Assembly (NCBI GenBank): GCA_043228905.1
Contig: JBHGNT010000012.1
Coordinates: forward strand, 8,060,001-8,124,000
From: Azolla caroliniana
Taxonomy: Eukaryota > Plantae > Polypodiophyta
DNA length: 64,000 nt
Reading direction: 5' to 3'
This document shows, in pieces, positions 1-12,108 of this stretch. A model generated the notes under the pieces. It was not told where the DNA came from, did not search any database, and saw nothing but the letters and a program-made list of their open reading frames with translations. The position numbers were made by a program, and so were the translations under genes. Within the stretch, counting starts at the first letter, position 1. The number at the start of each line of letters is the position of its first letter.

Positions 1-717
1 GAATCGGACATCTATCTCTCGCGTAAGCAAATCGACCATGTTAACTACCAGAGGCTTCAAGATCTGCAATCAAAACAAGTTGTGTTCGGATTGCCGAAGT
101 TTAGTGGCTGGAAGGCCCAAATATGTGAAGCCTTCCAACTCAGGAAGCAACACTAGCTTCCATTCCCCACCGAATGAAACCGGAGCCGTAACAAGCTTGA
201 TCTAATCCATTCGGATGTATGGGGACTAACACAGAACGTTAGTCTTGGCGGAAGTCGGTATTTCGTCTCCTTCATCAATGGCTACAACCGGCACACGTGA
301 ATCTACCTCATCGAGAAGAAAAGCGAATTCTTCGACTGTTTCCGGAACCTTCAAAGCTTAGTCGAAAGGGATTTGGAGAGGAAGATAAAGTGCTTGCGGT
401 CGGATGGCGGAAAAGAATACTTTTGCGGCCAATTCAACAGTTATCTGCAGCAAAAAGGAATTTGGAGAGAATTCAACTGCCAATATACACCGGAACAAAA
501 TGGTGTGGCCGAAAGAAAGAACCAATCAATTTTCGACGTGGCAAGGGCAATGCTGGAGGAGAAAAGCATGCCCAAATTCTATTGGGCTGAGACAGTTCGG
601 AAGATTGTCTACATCCAAAATCAGATCGGGGACGAGGTGTCAGCACATGAGATGTATTTCGAGCGGAAGCCGAATTTGAGATACCTTCAGATATTCAGTA
701 GCATAGCATATGTGCAT
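1..717 (+). pseudogene. pol: Ty1/Copia element A, pol fragment (GAG-pre-integrase and integrase core), degraded; 5' part lies outside the window
   Basis: ORF 373-723 has Copia integrase motifs ([25 protein letters not shown]); upstream frame has stops; interrupted at 717/718 by element B. Confidence 0.92.
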
Positions 718-1148
718 TGTTAAAGATTGCTTGCGGAAGCGTTAGAAAGAACAATACACAAAGAGAGAGAGAGAGAGTACGTGGGAGAGACACACACAGA
801 GAGAGAGAGAGCAGGACACACTATTCTTCAAAATTATATGAATACTCTGTGCTCTATATCTACAACGCGCTCATCAGCGCTATTTATACAAGTCCACATG
901 GGACTGTTAGAAGTACGGTGTACTTCAATGCTCACACGAGCATCTAACACTAACTATGAGACTATAACTGCCTAGTAGTCTAACCTATACTAGGCTCTGG
1001 TTACAGATTGGATCCGGCAGACTGGATCCCCAACTCATCGGTCCTTACTGCTTACCAGCTTGGTTGCTCACCGACATACTGATTCATCTCGCTTACCAGC
1101 TCAGGCTTATTCAGCCGATCCGGCTCCGGTTGAGCTTGCCGCTCAACA
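718..1148 (-). repeat. 3' LTR of Copia B
   Basis: TGTTAAAG...CTCAACA; homologous to 8894-9329 with many substitutions; (GA)n tract; TATAAAT on the minus strand near 880-890. Confidence 0.95.
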
Positions 1149-1946
1149 CTCCCCCTCAAGCTCAACTTGAGGTAGGGTCATAGTGTCAACCTCTGTGACA
1201 GCCGATTCTTCCAACCGACTTCTCCTGGCGTCGCTTCGCCTTGCTCGCACTCCTTGTCCGGTCCGGTCCCGTTTGCCGCGACCCCTTTGGTTTTGCGTGC
1301 CTCGACCTTCGGCATGTCTGCTCAATAGGCCCATCTTAGCTCCTTCGCTGCTATGACTCCGGTGCTTGCCGATTCGTCGGTTCCTCCGCGATGGCATCGA
1401 CTTCCGCTGCGTCCGTGTCTCCTTGGCCTCTCATTGATCCGACTCATCCGGATCCGTCTGTTGATCCAAATCGGCTGTCTCCGACTCGTTCCAGCTCTTG
1501 TCCGAATCGGTATCCTCCGATTCGATTTTCGGCTTCAGGCCTTTCCCCACATCGGACCACGTCCGGGTCTTGGCCTTCTCCGTGCTTCCCTTGGCTTCTT
1601 CAGCCGGTTCACCGAAGTCGAATTCTTCATTCAACTCCGCATCATGGCCATTACGATCGTGATGACCTCCGCATAGCATGCACTTCTCTTCCTGAGTGTA
1701 CACTTCTTCTTCACAGCCGCTCACTCCGACCTATTCCGATGTGCCGACTTCCTTCGTCAACTCAGCTTCATTTTTCTTCTTGTCTCCACCTCTACCGGTT
1801 CTTCTCTTACCTACGGGTTCAACAGATTTTTTGCCTTTGCCCGTTTCGGTAGTGTGTTTGCCCTTGCGTCTTCCCCTCAAGTGCGGCACGTCGAGATGTT
1901 GAACACCAAGCATTTTGGTAAAGTGCTGCAACTTGTCCGACCCGAG
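1143..1946 (-). pseudogene. Copia B RNase H end plus charged C-terminal extension (frameshifted)
   Basis: LGSDKLQHFTKMLG then a K/E/D-rich tail incl. KAKTRTWSDVGKGLK, homologous to the tail of A (11196-11849); reads through the PPT (ELEGEC*). Confidence 0.75.
1149..1160 (-). other. Polypurine tract of Copia B
   Basis: CTCCCCCTCAAG, i.e. TTGAGGGGGAG on the minus strand directly before the 3' LTR. Confidence 0.88.
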
Positions 1947-2471
1947 TGTTACCCCGTACGAGATGTACGGAGAGTCAAGTGTGATGACCGAGGGTCGAAT
2001 GTTATCATGATGTTGTGTATGTGTAGGGGGCATAAATGTAATTGTGAGTCTATACGTATGTGAACACATACACACGTGTGTGCATGTGGATGGATACGAG
2101 GAGGTGTGAGTGAGTGTCCAATATGAATGCTCGAGGGGGCTTATACCCCTATGTATCTACCCCCTCTTGTACTATTTAACCCCTTATGGGGAATGAATGA
2201 AACATGAATAACCATTTCTCTCTCTCTCTCTCTCTCTCTCTTTGACATCTTTCTCTCTCTCCCCCCTTAACGTTGAACCCCCTTGGGAGGGGGGTGGAGC
2301 CATTCTAGGCACCACCCCCCACCCCGCAATGCTTCTCAATGCTTGTCTTGCATCTTCATGATCTCTCACCATCATACCATTCATCATCTCCACCATTACA
2401 CAATCTCTATCTTCATCATCAATCATCATCATCATCATTCTCATTAACCCTAACCCTAAAAACCTACAACA
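1947..2471 (-). repeat. 3' LTR of element C
   Basis: TGTTACCCC...TACAACA; contains (CT)n and (CAT)n microsatellites. Confidence 0.95.
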
Positions 2472-4790
2472 CCTTTTGACGACCATGATGGCGACCCCCC
2501 TTTGGAGACGGAGTCGAAGAATGATACGTGGCGATGCAAGTCAATAACGACAAAATATGCAAGAAATGGTGATGGTCATTGAAAGCCGTCAAGGAATGCA
2601 ACAGGGTGATGTTGTGCGCAAGGAAGATGAAGAATGTTACGTGGTGATGATCTGCAAGAAATGGAATCGACAACAATATGCAAAAAATGGCGACCATGAT
2701 GTGCATGAGAAGCAAGAAATGACAGATTGATTATCAGTGCCATGATTCTGATACAAATTAATGTCTATACAAGTGTATTTTGTTTGACATGTGATTGGTC
2801 TTTTTGGCTTGGATCTGATCGCAAAGAAAGAAGAAAAAAGCAAGGGAGAAATAAAGCCTATGATCTATGCGAGACCCAACCACCACATGTTGTATCTTCC
2901 AAAGATGCGAGAGTGCATTTCTATCCACATATGACCGGACACACATGGCCAGAAAGCAACCGATTGGACCAAAGGGAATTGTTGGAACAAAGATGGAGAA
3001 GGCAATTAAGAAAGCGAAAGAAATACAAACCGACGCGGAAAGACACGACTAGTCAAATGGCCCGGAACAAGGAACCAGAAGTACAACCAAATGGGCAGAA
3101 CTCGCCGGAATGGCCGGACAACGGGCAAGAGTGGCCGGAGCGACAGGATAGCAGCCAAAGTGTCTAAGTGGCCGGACAACAGTCGGAGCGACCGTAGAGA
3201 GGTCGGAATGGCCGAATAACGGCCAGACAGCGGCTGAAGAGCAACCGGGCAACAGTCTGCGCGGTTGGAGAGCGGTCGGAAGGGTCGGAAACTGGTCGGA
3301 ATAACCGGATGCAGACAGGCGACCAGGACGACGGACCGGACGCACGACCGGAAGACAACAGACAAATGGCTGGGACAATAGCTGAACAACAACAGGAGTG
3401 GCGGCAAATAATCAACGGTGGTAGCGAAAAATTGGCGACGAAGATGGTCGGACAACAAACGGTCGAGTAAAAGCGGTCAGACGAATGACGATGCCAAACA
3501 ATGGCAGAACTGGCTGGACGAACCGGACAGACGAGCGGACGGGATGGACAAGCATTAGATAGCCGACGACCGGACAGACGGCGGGAGGAGGACTGGAATC
3601 GACGGACACGCCGGACAAAGCGACGGACGATGGCCGGAATAGCAAACATCGAATGGTTGTAGAGGCGGCCGAAAAGACACGACCAGAAGGGCCGAAGACA
3701 GAGACGGCAACCAACTGACAACCGATAGACAACAACGGCTAGACACAGCCGAACCGCGGCCAGAACGGAGGCCGCAAGAACGGCCGGATAGATGGCCAAA
3801 TATTGACGAGTGAATAGAGTGGTCATGCGACGAATCTCGGCCAAAACAGGTAGCCGACTGGAGACTGGCCGAACAGGCCTAGCGACGACGAGAAAGGGAG
3901 ATGGTGATGATCGACACAGAGATGAAAGGCGCCGAGACGATGAATAGCAATGGCCACAGAAGCGACAACAATGAATATAGAAGGACGGAAACGACGACGA
4001 CAACACAAAGAAGGAGATGACGTGCAAGCAAAGGGAGAGTGAAGGTCGCGTTTCCTCCCTACCCCGAAACGCAAAAACAGAACAAGAACGAAGTGGAAGA
4101 AACAGAGGTAGAAGAAGAAAGAGAGAGCAGGAAAATGGAACACAAGAAGGAAAGAAGAGGGGTATAGAAGAAGAAGAAAAATAGATAGAGAAAAGAAGAA
4201 GAGAAGCGGGAAACGAAAGCAGAAAGAAGTAGAAAGAGATGAGGGATACACACAAGAGAGAGTGTAATAACGGACCACAACAATAACCTAGAGATAAAGA
4301 CGAAGTCGGAGCATTACAAAAACAAGAAGACAGGAATGGATAAAGACGAAATTGAAGCAGAAGATAGGACGGGAAGAAAAATAGAGAAAGGGCAAGAGAG
4401 AATGATAGGGGTATGGAACATAATTTTAAAACATGAGGGTATTTGATAATATTTCAAAAACAAAGGGTAGCAACCTAAAATTTCATAAACTTGAGGGCAC
4501 CGACGAAATTGTAAAAACTCATCCACCTAGAGAAATGGATGTGATCAACAACGACAACTCACACAAAATTAAAGGAAGAACACACATACACACAACGTGT
4601 TTTTGGACCCATGATGAAGTTCGTTAGCCGACAGAACGAGAATGTTTGTGTCGCGGACGATTTGCTGACCGACAAAGATGTTCGAGTCAAGCATTCCGAT
4701 CGAGGGAGTTGATCGTTGAAAGGACCGATGGAAGTTCCGGTCGAAGAAATATCATCATCAAGGCATGTGGGATCGACGTGCAAGGCACTT

Positions 4791-4806
4791 TCCCATGGGC
4801 GTGCCA
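4791..4806 (-). other. PBS of element C (tRNA-Arg type)
   Basis: Minus strand reads LTR-CAATA-TGGCACGCCCATGGGA, resembling the TGGCACGCCCAGTGGGAC tRNA-Arg PBS of Tat-type elements with a 1-nt gap. Confidence 0.75.
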
Positions 4807-4811
4807 TATTG

Positions 4812-5336
4812 TGTTACCCCGTACGAGATGTACGGAGAGTCAAGTGTGATGACCGAGGGTCGAATGTTATCATGATGTTGTGTATGTGTAGGGGGCATAA
4901 ATGTAATTGTGAGTCTATACGTATGTGAACACATACACACGTGTGTGCATGTGGATGGATACGAGGAGGTGTGAGTGAGTGTCCAATATGAATGCTCGAG
5001 GGGGCTTATACCCCTATGTATCTACCCCCTCTTGTACTATTTAACCCCTTATGGGGAATGAATGAAACATGAATAACCATTTCTCTCTCTCTCTCTCTCT
5101 CTCTCTTTGACATCTTTCTCTCTCTCCCCCCTTAACGTTGAACCCCCTTGGGAGGGGGGTGGAGCCATTCTAGGCACCACCCCCCACCCTGCAATGCTTC
5201 TCAATGCTTGTCTTGCATCTTCATGATCTCTCACCATCATACCATTCATCATCTCCACCATTACACAATCTCTATCTTCATCATCAATCATCATCATCAT
5301 CATTCTCATTAACCCTAACCCTAAAAACCTACAACA
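4812..5336 (-). repeat. 5' LTR of element C
   Basis: Near-identical direct repeat of 1947-2471. Confidence 0.95.
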
Positions 5337-5341
5337 CCGAG

Positions 5342-7055
5342 CGGCTTGGTGAAGATGTCGGCAACTTGCCAATCCGTGTGAACATATCGTAGTTCAACTT
5401 CACTGCTTAGGACCCGCTCATGCACGAAGTGATAATGCACTTCTATGTGCTTTGTGCGAGCATGGAACACAGGGTTCTTGGCGAGCTGCATGCTGCTGAG
5501 GTTATCGCAGTAGATCAGGATCAGGGTTGGTACCTCGATCCGCAGGTCTTGGAGTAGTCGCCGAAGCCAAATGGCTTCGCAGGTGGCAACGGTCGTGCCC
5601 CGGTGTTACGCCTCAGTGCTGGATAGAGCCATTGTTGGCTGCTTTTTGCTGCTCCACACAACAGCCGCGCTCCCAAGAGAAAACATAAACCCGAAAGTTG
5701 AGCGACGATCCGTTGCATCGCCAACCCAGTTCGCATCCGTGTAGCCGACAAGCTCTTCGGTTATACCTTGCCGGTATAAGAGCCTCCGGTCTTTAGTGCC
5801 ACTTACATACCTGAGTATTTGTTGCGCGCATTGAAGGCGCTCCACGGTCGGCTTTTGCATGAATTGGCTTACCACTCCGACCAGATAGCTAATGTCGGGT
5901 CGGGTGATGGTCAAGTAGATCAGGCTTCCGACTATTTGTCGGAACCGTTTCTCATCACAAGCTGGTCCGGAGTTGGGATGGATCTTCTGATTCCGGTCCA
6001 GGGGTGTGGAGACAAGTTGGCATTCCATCATGCCGAACTTGTACAGTATATTCAACACATAATGGCGTTGAGAAAGCAATATGCCGTCGGGGGTGCCGAT
6101 CACCTCGATCCCCAGTCCCCCAAGTCCTTCATATCGAATGTGTTTGACAACTGGGACTTGACGCGGTTGATTTCCGGAAGACCTGCGCCGGTGATGACTA
6201 AATCATCAACATAGAGTAAGATACATACTAGACCATTTGAGCCTTGATGGTTGAACAGGGAAGAGTCTGACTTAGAGGCAACAAACCCCATCTTTCGCAA
6301 CCGGTGCGTGATCTTAGTATTCCAAGCACGGGGGGCTTGCTTCAAGCCATACAATGACGTCCTCAGCCGGCATACCGCCGACTTGTTCACCTCCGACCGG
6401 GGGGCTGAGTCATAAAGACTTCTTCTTCAAGATCTCCTTGAAGGAAGGCATTCTTCACATCCATCTGATGAAGATGCCACCCCCTTGCCGCAGCAACTGC
6501 CAGTACCACTCGAACCGTCGTTATCTTCGCTACAAGAGCGAAGGTCTTGTCGTAGTCGATTCCGTAGGTTTGCGCATATCCCTTCGCCACTAACCGGGCC
6601 TTGTACCGGTTAACTGTACCATAGGCATTGTACTTTACCTTGTACACCCACTTGCATCCGATCGGTTTAGAGTGACGGGGAGGGTCAACCAGGTCCCAAG
6701 TTCCGTTGGCATCCAGTGCCCGCATTTCTTCCTCCATAGCGGCACGCCCGAAATACAGCTCGTGAGCTAATACCTTGTCCTCGATCCGGTTCTGGATGTA
6801 AACGGCCGTTTGGACCGCCTCCGCCCAGTAGAACTTGGGCATGCCCTTTTCCTCCAGCATTTCCCTAGCCGCGTCAATCAGCGACAGATTCTTCCTTTCG
6901 GCCACACCGTTTTGTTGTGGTGTGTATCTGCAGCTGAATTCTCGCTAAATTCCTTTTTGTTGCAGATAGTTGTTGAATTGGCCGGAAAAGTACTCTTTTC
7001 CGCCATCTGACCGTAGGCATTTGATCTTCCTCTCCGATTCCCGTTCCACCATCTT
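5342..7055 (-). pseudogene. pol: Copia B integrase core, reverse transcriptase and RNase H, disrupted
   Basis: Motifs [53 protein letters not shown], split by stops, frameshifts and an IN-RT deletion at ~6745. Confidence 0.93.
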
Positions 7056-8849
7056 CTAGAGGCTCCGGAAACACTCGAAGACTTCGCTCTTCCGCTCAAT
7101 GAGGTAGATCCACGTATGCCGCGTGTAGTCGTCGATGAAGGAGACGAAATATCGACTCCCGCCAATGCTAACATTTTGTGCCGGTCCCCACACATCCGAA
7201 TAGATAAGATTGAGCTTGTTACGATTTCGATTTCCTTCGGTGGGGAATGGAAGCCGGTGTTGCTTCCCGAGTCGGCAGGCTTCACAAATCTGGGCTCTCC
7301 GGCCGCTAAACTTCGGCAAACCGAAAACGACTTGTTCCGTTTGCAGGTCTTGAAGCCTCCGGTAGTTGACGTGGCCCATCCGCTTATGCCATAGGTCGAT
7401 ATCCGACTTGACCTTCTGTCCTTTGGCGAACAGTGCGGTGCCGACGTCATTGGTGTTGAGGATAAACATCCTCCCATCTCTACGCCCTTGCGCAATAACT
7501 TCGCCCTCATCCTCAATGAAGCACCCGAGGTGCGTAAACCGCACCTGCATCCCCTGGTCGACGATCTGTCCGACCGACACCAAGTTCTTCGTGATCGTCG
7601 GAACATGTAATACATTCATCAGCTTCCCCCTCTGTCCGACATGGCTCAAAGGAACTTCTCTGACGTGCACGATCGGGTGGGGAGTGTCGTTTCCAGTTTC
7701 GACAACTCCCGGTTGATCCGGCTTCTCCAAAAAGGAGAACCACTCCTTGCGACTTGTCATGTGGTTCGATGCCCCAGAGTCAACGTACCACACTTCCTCC
7801 GATTTGGAAGTGGTCTTCTTCATTGAGTTTGCCTTGTGCTTCATCACCAAGGTTGGCCCCTTACCGTTCTTGGATCCTCCCGATCCATTTGCGTAGTGCG
7901 AGCTTTGACGGCCTTCCTTACCGGTCTTGCTGGATCCGGATTTGTCCGAATCGGCATGCTTTCTCCAGCACTCGCTTTCCCTGTGGCCCTTTTTGCCACA
8001 ATACCAACATTCTATAGCGGATTTGTCTTGCCGGCCTTCGGCACCACCTTGACTCCCCCTGCTTGTGGAAGTCTCGGAACTGCTGTCGGCACGCTCATTG
8101 TGCCTTCGTTCCTGATCTTGCCGGCCACCTCCATTGCGTGCCGACCTGCCTCGTCCACCATGCCCGCGGAATTGATCCGCACCCGTGTACAACATCCGGT
8201 TGTCTGGGGATGCACTGGTAGATGCACCGGCGTGGTTCTCCTCTACAAGGAGCATCGTCTGTAAGTCAAAAAATGAGGGCGTATTCTCCCTTGTACAAAC
8301 CGCAGTCCGGAAAGCTCCGAACTTGGACGCCAGGCCTCCAAGACAGACCTGCACCATCTCGTCTTCCTCTACGGTGACGTTAATAGAGGCAAGCGAGTCA
8401 CAGATCCCTTTGATCTGGTCTGTGTAATCTGCCACCAACATGTTCTTCTGTCGAACATTGCTCAACTCCTGTCTGAGTTGCAGCTTCTGGGAAGGGGTGC
8501 TTGCGACGAAGACCTTTTTCAAGTTTCCCCAGGCATCCTTCGGTGTCTTGGCGTCACGGATATGGCTGAGCAGCTGGTCATCGAGACTGGACGCAAAGCA
8601 GTATATCACCCTGCTTGCCGCCTGTTCCCACACTGGGAAGTCCTTGTGTGTCGTCTCCGGTGCTGAGTCGTTCACTCCGTCGACATAACTCCAGTAGCCA
8701 TGCCCAAGCAGGTACTGGTGCATCTTGTATGACCAAGATGCGTAGTTGGTTCTGTCGAGCTTCTCCACCGGGAGCGACGTAGCCATACCTCTGTCCATTT
8801 CTCTTTTTGTGTTTGTTTTCCGATCTGTTAGGGTTTCTTTCACAAGCAT
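7056..8849 (-). CDS. gag-pol: Copia B Gag-protease-integrase N-terminal polyprotein, ending at a premature stop
   Basis: 597-aa ORF with Copia gag N-terminus (EKLDRTNYASW), CCHC knuckle CWYCGKKGHRESEC, protease WYVDSGASNHMT, LWHKRMGH..CEAC, YFVSFIDD. Confidence 0.93.
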   Translation of the reverse strand: MLVKETLTDRKTNTKREMDRGMATSLPVEKLDRTNYASWSYKMHQYLLGHGYWSYVDGVNDSAPETTHKDFPVWEQAASRVIYCFASSLDDQLLSHIRDAKTPKDAWGNLKKVFVASTPSQKLQLRQELSNVRQKNMLVADYTDQIKGICDSLASINVTVEEDEMVQVCLGGLASKFGAFRTAVCTRENTPSFFDLQTMLLVEENHAGASTSASPDNRMLYTGADQFRGHGGRGRSARNGGGRQDQERRHNERADSSSETSTSRGSQGGAEGRQDKSAIECWYCGKKGHRESECWRKHADSDKSGSSKTGKEGRQSSHYANGSGGSKNGKGPTLVMKHKANSMKKTTSKSEEVWYVDSGASNHMTSRKEWFSFLEKPDQPGVVETGNDTPHPIVHVREVPLSHVGQRGKLMNVLHVPTITKNLVSVGQIVDQGMQVRFTHLGCFIEDEGEVIAQGRRDGRMFILNTNDVGTALFAKGQKVKSDIDLWHKRMGHVNYRRLQDLQTEQVVFGLPKFSGRRAQICEACRLGKQHRLPFPTEGNRNRNKLNLIYSDVWGPAQNVSIGGSRYFVSFIDDYTRHTWIYLIERKSEVFECFRSL

Positions 8850-8880
8850 AGATGTCTGCAGCAGAGGTTCTCAACCCACG

Positions 8881-8893
8881 TGCTCTGATACCA
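8881..8893 (-). other. PBS of Copia B (initiator tRNA-Met)
   Basis: Minus strand TGGTATCAGAGCA directly after the 5' LTR. Confidence 0.95.
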
Positions 8894-9329
8894 CGTTAAA
8901 GATTTCTTGCGGAAGCGTTAGAAAGAACAATACACAAAGAGAGAGAGAGAGAGAGTACGCGGGAGAGACAGAGAGAGAGAGAGACAAAGAGCAGGACACA
9001 CTATTCTTCAAAATTATATGAATACTCTGTGCTATGTATCTACAACGCGCTCATCAACGCTATTTATACAAGTCCACACGGGACTGTTAGAAGTACGATG
9101 TACTTCAATGCTCACACGAGCATTTGACACTAACTACGAGACTATAACTGCCTAGTGGTCTAACCTATACTAGGCTTCCGGTTACGGATTGGATCTGGCA
9201 TACCGGCTCCCCAGCTCACCGATCCTTACTGCTTACCGGCTCGGTTACTCACCGGCATACCGATTCATCTCGCTTACCGGCTCAGGCTTATTCAGCCGAT
9301 CCGGCTCCGGTTGAGCTTGCCGCTCAACA
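8894..9329 (-). repeat. 5' LTR of Copia B
   Basis: CGTTAAAG (terminal T>C)...CTCAACA followed by TSD TGCAT. Confidence 0.95.
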
Positions 9330-9334
9330 TGCAT

Positions 9335-11871
9335 GAACTGGATGAGAAGTGGAGGAAGCTGGATCCGAAATCGGAGAAGTGCATACTCATCGGCTACTCG
9401 CATGAACAGAAGGGGTATAAGTGTTATAACCCCCGGACCAAACAAGTACGAATAAGTCGAGATGTCGAGTTTGATGAGTCGGCATCATGTTACTCCCTAC
9501 CGATTCCAACTCTCGACGAAGACCCGATTCCGGAGGATGAGGCTAGTGAACTCGGAGAAGTTCAAGAAGAAGATGAAGGATTTGGTACTCTAGATGAGAG
9601 TCTGATCTCATTCCAGTTAAGTGGACCGAATGAGTGGCTGAGTATGGATGACCAGTCGGATGAGGAACCGACGAGTAGTGAAGACTCTACCATGCTCTTC
9701 CTGCGCAAGGAACCGAGGAGATGGTTAACGTGCAAAGAGAAGGGGAAGAAGAAGATGTCAGAATGCGATACCAGCAGTGAAGGGTTGGCTTAGAATGAAT
9801 CAGACCCCGGAAAGGAAGAAGGCAGATCTTCAAAAAGGAAGTCTGAACTGGCCAAGAAGGGCCTCAAACTGGGTAACGAAAGTTACGCCGGTCAACTCGT
9901 CAAAAGAAAACCATCAGGAGGTACGGGTACAAGGTGGCGGAAGTGCGAGAACCAGAGAGCTACGTAGAAGTAGCAAAAGACACAAATTGGCGTGCTGCTA
10001 TGGAGGAAGAAATGTGGGCACTTGATGCCAATGACACATGGGACCTGGTTGACCCTCCCCGACAATGTAAACCAATCAGTTGTAAATGGGTATATAAGGT
10101 GAAGTACAATACCGATGGTTCACTCAACTAGTACAGGGCCCGGTTATCGGTAAAGGGATACACACAAACCCACAGAATCGACTACGATGAGACATTCACT
10201 CCGGTAGCGAAGATGACGATGGTTCGTGGTACTGGCTGTTGTTGCGGCAAGGGGATGGCATCTTCACCAAATGGACGTGAAGAATGTGTTTCTTCAAGGT
10301 GACCTTAAAGAACGGGTCTATATGATCCAACCCCACGGTTTCCAATCCGAGGTGAACAAGTTGGTTGTGTGCCGACTCAAGAAGTTGCTTTACGGTCTGA
10401 AGCAAGCCCCTCGAGCTTGGAATGCGAAGATCACGCACTGGTTGCGTAAGATGGGCTTTGCAACCTCAAAGTCTAACTCGTCACTCTTCATCTGAAAAGG
10501 TCCAGACGGTCCGGTTTGTATCCTGATATATGTTGATGATTTAGAATCAACATATATCAGACCCAGACTCGATGAAATTGGCAAAATGAAGTCCCAGTTG
10601 CCGGACACATTTGAAATGAAGGACTTGGGGGACCTTCATTATTTTCATGGGATCGAGGTGATCCGAACCCCCAATGGCATATTGCTCTCACAAAGACATT
10701 ATGTGCTAAATATGTTGTACAAGTTCAGCTTGACGGAATGGCGACCGATCTCCCAACTCCGGCCCGGCCTGCGATGAGAAACGGTTCCGAAAAATTGTCA
10801 GAAGTCTTATATACTTGACGATCACCCGACCCGACATCAGTTACCCAGTCGGGGTGATCAACCAGTTTATGTAGAAGCTGACCGTGGAGCACCTTCAATG
10901 TGCGCATCAACTATTGCGATATGTGAGCGGCACGAAGGACCAGGGATTGTTATACTGACACAGTATAGCTAGGAAGCTAGTCAGATATACCAATGCTGAC
11001 TAGGCTGGTGATGCATCAAATTGCCGATCCACCTCCGGTTACATGTTTTCTCTTGGTACTTCGATCATTGCATGGAGCAGCAAAAAGTAGCTAACAGTGG
11101 ATCTGTCGAGCACTGAGGCTAAGTACCAGGGTGCTACCATTGCCACCTGTGAAGCCATCTAGCTTCAATGATTGTTGTGAGACCTCTGGATCGAGGTGCC
11201 AACCCTGATCCTAATTTATTGTGATAACGTAAGCAACATACAGCTTGCCAAGAACCCTGTATTCCATGCTCGAACAAAGCACATAGAGGAGCATTATTAC
11301 TTTGTTCTTGAGCAGGTCCTGAGCGGTGAAGTTGAACTTCGGTATGTTCATACGGATCGACAGGTTGCCGACATCTTCACCAAGCAGCTCGGATCAGACA
11401 AGTTGCAACACTTTTTTGAAATGTTGGGTCTACAACATCTCGATGTGCGGCACTTGTGGGGGAGAACGGATGGCAACAAACAAGGAGCCGGAGAGGAAGA
11501 AAGAACCAAGGGGGGAGACGAGCAGAAAAAGAAGGCTGAGCCGACTGAAAGGGTCAGCACATGCGAACAAGTCGGAGCAAGCGGCAACGGCGGCAGAGTC
11601 AAGAAATATAGAACTGACCGAAAAAAGGCCAAGACCCGGACGTGGTTCGATGTGGTGAAGGGCCTGAAAATGGAAGACAAGTTGGAGACTACCAACTCAG
11701 ACAAGAGTTGGACCGAATCAGAGGAAGCAGATTCGGAAGAGTTGGTTCAACAGTTGGATTCGGAAGAGTTGGATCAACTAAAGGCCAAGCGGACAAGAAG
11801 ACAGCGGAAGTCGACACCGACACGAAGGAACCGATGGGTCGATAAGTGATGGAGTCATAACAACGATGTCA
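9335..11871 (+). pseudogene. pol: Copia A continuation: integrase C-terminus, RT, RNase H and charged tail, degraded
   Basis: [71 protein letters not shown] with many stops; resumes right after the TSD of B. Confidence 0.93.
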
Positions 11872-11912
11872 TGTTGTTACGCTCTTGCGTGAGAAATAAG
11901 GCGGGACCGCGG
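11872..11912 (-). repeat. Outer end of the 3' LTR of Gypsy E, split by insertion of D
   Basis: TGTTGT terminus where homology to the Copia tail stops; joins 20382 across the GCGG TSD. Confidence 0.65.
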
Positions 11913-12108
11913 TGTCGTGAAGATTTTCGGCAATGGTGTGAAAATCACATAAGACTTACGAAATCAAGTGTCAATCATATAAAACAATAATAGTGAATAT
12001 ACTAATTGTAAGTAAGTTTAAATATCTTAGTACAGAAGACGAAGATCTTGAAGAGATGCACTTTACTACATAAGAAACAGACATCTAAGTGTCAACTTAT
12101 GTGGGTAA

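Larger units (their letters stand above)
1947..5336 (-). mobile_element. Non-autonomous LTR element C (LARD-like), very young, nested in the RNase H of B
   Basis: 525-bp LTRs at 1947-2471 and 4812-5336, one substitution seen by eye; TSD CCGAG at 1942-1946 and 5337-5341; PBS on the minus strand; no gag/pol motifs internally. Confidence 0.93.
718..9329 (-). mobile_element. Ty1/Copia LTR retrotransposon B, full length but internally deleted, nested in A
   Basis: Paired LTRs 718-1148 and 8894-9329; 5-bp TSD TGCAT at 713-717 and 9330-9334; PBS and PPT correct for the minus strand; gag-PR-IN-RT-RH order. Confidence 0.96.

Noticed and set aside
2446-2462. Telomeric repeat AACCCTAACCCTAAA
   Set aside because: Only two units inside the C LTR; at most a telo-box-like motif, not an interstitial telomere.
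2489-2500. TGGCGACC as the PBS of a plus-oriented element C
   Set aside because: It is 17 nt from the LTR with only ~8 nt of tRNA match; the minus-strand PBS at 4791-4806 is longer and matches the F layout.
3164-4255. 363-aa hydrophobic minus-strand ORF as a membrane or env protein
   Set aside because: The F/L/S richness follows from a pyrimidine-rich low-complexity strand; several overlapping frames are open and no motif is recognisable.
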